DNA from: Octopus sinensis
Lineage: Eukaryota
Direction: 5' to 3'
Length of the DNA stretch: 15,640 bases
Assembly: GCF_006345805.1 (NCBI RefSeq)
Contig: NW_021825189.1
Span: forward strand, 1-15,640
Positions 11,576 to 15,640 of the stretch are shown piece by piece (the first letter of the stretch is position 1; each line of letters opens with the position of its first letter). A program made the translations under genes and the position numbers. The notes below the pieces were generated by a model that was not told where the DNA came from, made no database searches, and saw nothing but the letters and a program-made list of their open reading frames with translations.

Positions 11576-11760
11576 TGTTTGTTTTTTTTTTTACTTATTC
11601 TTTTTGTAAAAGAACTTTGGGTCAAAACGTTAAGGACTTTTCTATTTGTCCCGGGTGTCAAAATCATACAACTTATTTGTTATTCCCTCACCTGTTTGTC
11701 TTCTGTCTTTTTTTTTTTTGTTTGTTTGTTTGCATTTTCATTTTTTTGTACAACTTGGCT

Positions 11761-12197
11761 GTCCTGGATGGAACGGGTGTTACTGTTACTTAGCCCAAGG
11801 AATCATCGTTTCCAGCTAGCTATACGACACAATATCTGTGTCCTTATATTTTCAAACAGGGAGCCCTGCATCCCCATCCAGCAGAAAGCAACATCTGTGA
11901 ACCGGTTTCTGGGTTATTGCTCTTCATCATCAGCACAGAGTAGTTGCTTAGCTAGGTGGCGTTACTGACTTCCCGTTCGAAAATATATCATTTTCATAGT
12001 AACACACAGTCACTGATCTAATAAATATAAACTGTATTATTTCTAAATCTCTCAAAGTGAGATATTCAGTAACAGTTCTTTAAAGTAAAGTCTATTTGCC
12101 AACATAATGTGAATGTCCTAGATGGGACGATTGTTACTTCTGTTTAGCCCCAGGAAACATCGTTCCCAGCTGGCTATACGACACAATATCTGTGTCG

Positions 12198-12200
<3 letters not shown>
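11761..12200 (-). mobile_element. Candidate retrozyme / Penelope pLTR-derived unit: ~85-bp direct repeats 354 bp apart enclosing a hammerhead motif
   Basis: 11761-11843 resembles 12115-12197 ('gtcct.gatgg.acg...ttagccc.agg...catcgtt.ccagct.gctatacgacacaatatctgtgtc'). The hammerhead motif is at 11894-11939. No ORF is present. Confidence 0.55.
11894..11939 (-). ncRNA. Minimal type I hammerhead ribozyme motif (stem II degenerate)
   Basis: Minus strand: UCUGUG-CUGAUGA-[UGAAGAGCAAUAACCCA]-GAAA-CCGG-UU^CACAGA. It has a perfect 6-bp stem I, both core boxes, a palindromic ACCGGU stem III and a GUU cleavage triplet. Confidence 0.7.

Positions 12201-12286
<86 letters not shown>
12198..12286. repeat. 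(TA)n(TG)n microsatellite
   Basis: Direct reading. Confidence 0.97.
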
Positions 12287-12289
<3 letters not shown>

Positions 12290-12290
<1 letters not shown>

Positions 12291-12535
12291 GTAAAAAAAT
12301 ATACAAAATGGGACAAGAACGTGAAACACCTAGAAGACGACACAAGAAACACAGGACGGGACATTCGAAGCCCTCAATCATCAGTCAAGAACCGGATCAT
12401 CTTCGCAATTTCGGCTGATTAATCTTGAGATTGCTCCGATCTGGGCAGACCCCAAGGGAAATCTAAGCCAAACGCATTAGATCCCTTGGAAGAAAGCCTC
12501 GAATGTATACAACACAAGGACGGAAAACGGACGAT
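12290..12535. repeat. Unclassified interspersed repeat fragment
   Basis: Non-coding island that resembles an Octopus repeat from recall only. No diagnostic feature is visible. Confidence 0.3.
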
Positions 12536-13875
12536 GTACACGCCCTTACATCAATAATCAGCAAGATGTTCGAAACCATCCTTAAGAAAAGTATGATGCT
12601 CCACCTCCTAAACACAGCCTCGATCACTGATTCCCAACACGGTTTCGTGCCGAAGAGATCATGCTTGACCAACTTACTAGTAATGGAAGAATTGGTGACG
12701 CGCATCCTCGATGATAGTGATGCTGTTGACATCGTTTTATTGGACTTTGCCAAAGCTTTTGACTCGGTAAACCACCGCCTACTACTTGTCAAGCTTCAAG
12801 CATATAGTTTCCATCCGGATATTGTACGATGGGTTGGTGCCTTCCTCTCAGATCGCTCTTCCAAGTTCAAGTTATGGTTCGCGGTCCGACGTCTCCAGTG
12901 CGAGCAGTGGCGTGCCTCAAGGTTCAGTGCTTGGGCCTTGTTGTTCTTAGTCTTCATAAATGACTTGCCCGACGACCTCACGCAACACACCCTTCTATTT
13001 GCCGACGATATCAAACTGGTCGCTCCTCGCGGTAATATAGAGGATCTTCGTCGATGCCTCCACCAAATTTGGAAGTGGTCTAACGATTGGACCTGTGTCT
13101 GAACGTGTCGAAGTGCTGTCATCTGCCTGTCGGCTCTACTCTGCAACTCAACTTGATTTCGAGCCGGGTCGTCTGCTGCTGGAGAGGACCGATCAGGTAA
13201 AGGACCTGGGTATCTTGGAGATTCCTCCTTTTCGCGCCTTCGGCCCAGTGCGTCCATGCTGCCAACAAAGCGCGCGGAATTCTGTTTTTGATTCGACGGT
13301 CATTCGGAATGCCACAGCAGCCATATTCCTGCCACTCTATGTCACGCTGGTGAGACCCAATTGGAGTATGGGATTCAGCCTCTTCTCCTTATCTCCTCAA
13401 AGACTAACAGCACCTCGAAAGAGTCCAGAGGCTGGCTACCCGCATGGTTCATGGTCTCAAAAATTTGTCCTACGAAGAAAGGCTGAGGACGCTCGACCTT
13501 TGTTCTCTTGAAAAACGCCGCCGCCGTGGTGATCTCATTCTCGCCCACAACATCATAAGCAGGAAGTGTAACCTCTCGAAAGAGCTGTTCTTCACTCCTG
13601 CTCCGGAGCGTCGGCTGCGGGGTCATTCCGAAAAGCTCTACCTGCGACGATTTCATCTCAATCGAAGGAGAGGAGCTTTCTCTCGTCCGGGTTGCGGATC
13701 CGTGAACAACTGCCAGACGAGATGGTGAAGATGCCGACGACCGCTTTGTTCAAAGCCTCCCTGGACCTCAAGTGGCCGAACTCTTTACATGAACACCACC
13801 CTGTACTTAACTCCATGTCCCCCTACATGGCCTTGCTATTTGCTTTTGAGCCAAATTAACTAACTAACTAACTAA
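12536..13875 (+). mobile_element. 5'-truncated CR1-clade LINE (RT to 3' end) with a (CTAA)n tail
   Basis: Motifs LTSIISK, QHGFVPKRSCLTNLL, DIVLLDFAKAFDSVNH, SGVPQGSVLG (frameshifted), FINDL, LLFADDIKL, KDLGI, LSYEERL..L.SLEKRRRRGDLI, RGHSEKL. The tail is 'taactaactaactaactaa'. Confidence 0.95.
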
Positions 13876-14335
13876 ATATACAAAAATACGTAAAAACAAT
13901 AAAGAAAGCACGAATAAGAATACAAATACGTAAAAACAATAATGGTAAGGATAAAAACAAAAACAGGACGTCAGGACAAGGGTCTTTCGGCAGGACGAGT
14001 TGAGTTTGGGGCTGGCTAGTGGAAGAGTACCTTTAGGCCACATGTAACAAACAAATACGTGTTGCTACAATGACATATATATAGGAAGAGAGGGAGAGAG
14101 GTGGGGAGAGAGAATCAGAAAATTTTATACTGAAAGAAAAACAGACCTATATTTACATTTAGAAAATTGCACTAAAAATATGCGTAATGTAAAATCTGTA
14201 TTTGCAACAAGGAAAAGCTATAGTGCCAATATTTCAAACACACGTTATTTTTCAATACCAAGAACGTAGAAGATGTAAAAAAATATTCGTGCCTTGATAA
14301 TATAATGGATGAAAGAAGTGCCTACAATAGTAAGG

Positions 14336-15072
14336 ATTATTTTGCCTTGGCTAAGATTTGATCTTTTTCCTGGTAGGATTTATGTGGGTAGCAGGTTACT
14401 ACATTTAATCTTAGGTATCAGCAAGTTTTCGGCAGTCTTTCAAGTGCTTAGAACCCTCCTGATAATCTTGCTGTCCCTAGGAGAAAAACTTTCTGTAGGA
14501 GCTCTACTGGGCATTCTATTTCAATCTCCTTCAGCCACTTGTCTATATCTTGGTTTATTGTTCCCAACGCGCCAATTATTATAGGCACAACCTTTACTGC
14601 TCATATGCTCCACTTTCTTCTTTTTTTATGCTTTTCTTCCTCTTTCTTTACGATCCTGGAATCAAATGGGCATGATGGGTTCATAAGTAAGCAACTTCGC
14701 TTTTCCATATCTACAGTCGCCATGTCTGGTATATTAGTTTCTGATTTCTTGTCCGTTTGAATAGGAAGGTCCTACAAAATCTTACACTTCTCTGACTCCA
14801 GTACTCTTTCGCTTTGATGATTGTACCGTGTGTTTCCAGCTTCAAATCCCCGTTTTTTTTTTGTGCAGTTTCCAGTGTAAAACTTTTACAACCTGGTCGT
14901 GCCCCCATTTCTTATATTCTTCCTATGCTAGCTTGGGACATTCTGTCACAATGTGTGCCACTGTCTCGTTCTAAGTTCAACAGGCTCTGTTTTTTTTTCC
15001 TGACATATTCTCTCCTTATATATTTTTTCTCAAGGTGTTTGTTTTTATCGCTTGATCTTTGGCTGCAGCAAT
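14336..15072 (-). mobile_element. Decayed R4/Dong-clade LINE 3' fragment (CCHC knuckle + RLE + 3' UTR)
   Basis: Minus-strand motifs: AAKDQAIKTN, ETVAHIVTECPKLA, HDQVVKVLHWKL, KIL*DLPIQTDK..PDM, PFDSRIVKKEEEK, VVPIIIGALGTI, ELLQK..LLGTA../RRVLST*. Confidence 0.92.
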
Positions 15073-15097
15073 TTGTGTGTGTGAGTGAGTGAATGAG

Positions 15098-15126
15098 TAA
15101 TAATAATAATAATAATAATAATAATG

Positions 15127-15166
<40 letters not shown>

Positions 15167-15180
15167 TAATAATAATAATA

Positions 15181-15233
<53 letters not shown>

Positions 15234-15258
15234 AATGATAATGATAATGATGATGATG

Positions 15259-15349
<91 letters not shown>
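15098..15349. repeat. (TAA)n-(TGA)n-(TAATGA)n-(TAA)n compound microsatellite, opposite polarity to the upstream arrays
   Basis: Direct reading. Confidence 0.97.
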
Positions 15350-15620
<271 letters not shown>

Positions 15621-15640
15621 GAGTATTATAGTTCGCTTGA

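Noticed and set aside
12340-12395. Second hammerhead-like string on the minus strand (CUGAUGA...GAAU...GUC)
   Set aside because: It has GAAU instead of GAAA, and I could not build stem I or stem III.
13884-13942. 19-bp direct repeat 'aaatacgtaaaaacaataa' with a 40-bp period
   Set aside because: Only two units in A-rich sequence. This is a simple local duplication and not CRISPR-like or regulatory.

Overview
This is a repeat-saturated, AT-rich animal genomic window. The repeat families resemble those I recall from Octopus and other coleoid cephalopods, but that host assignment is inference. I cannot support any host protein-coding gene, and most listed ORFs are microsatellite artefacts. The window holds three decayed R4/Dong-clade (RT + CCHC + restriction-like endonuclease) LINE fragments, a Tx1/L1-clade RT fragment, a CR1-clade 3' fragment, several tRNA-derived SINEs (one nested in another with a 17-bp TSD), a probable non-autonomous Helentron (HINE/DINE-1-like), and many compound microsatellites. 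The main hunt results are: (i) a minimal type I hammerhead ribozyme motif in a ~354-bp direct-repeat unit (retrozyme or Penelope pLTR-like); (ii) a ~900-bp near-perfect palindrome centred on (TA)n; (iii) a set of (TAA)n-embedded elements, including two 158-bp Dong 3' fragments identical at 157/158 nt with identical ends, and two copies of an unclassified ~550-bp non-coding element; (iv) repeated tail-to-tail docking of these elements onto SINE (ATT)n tails.
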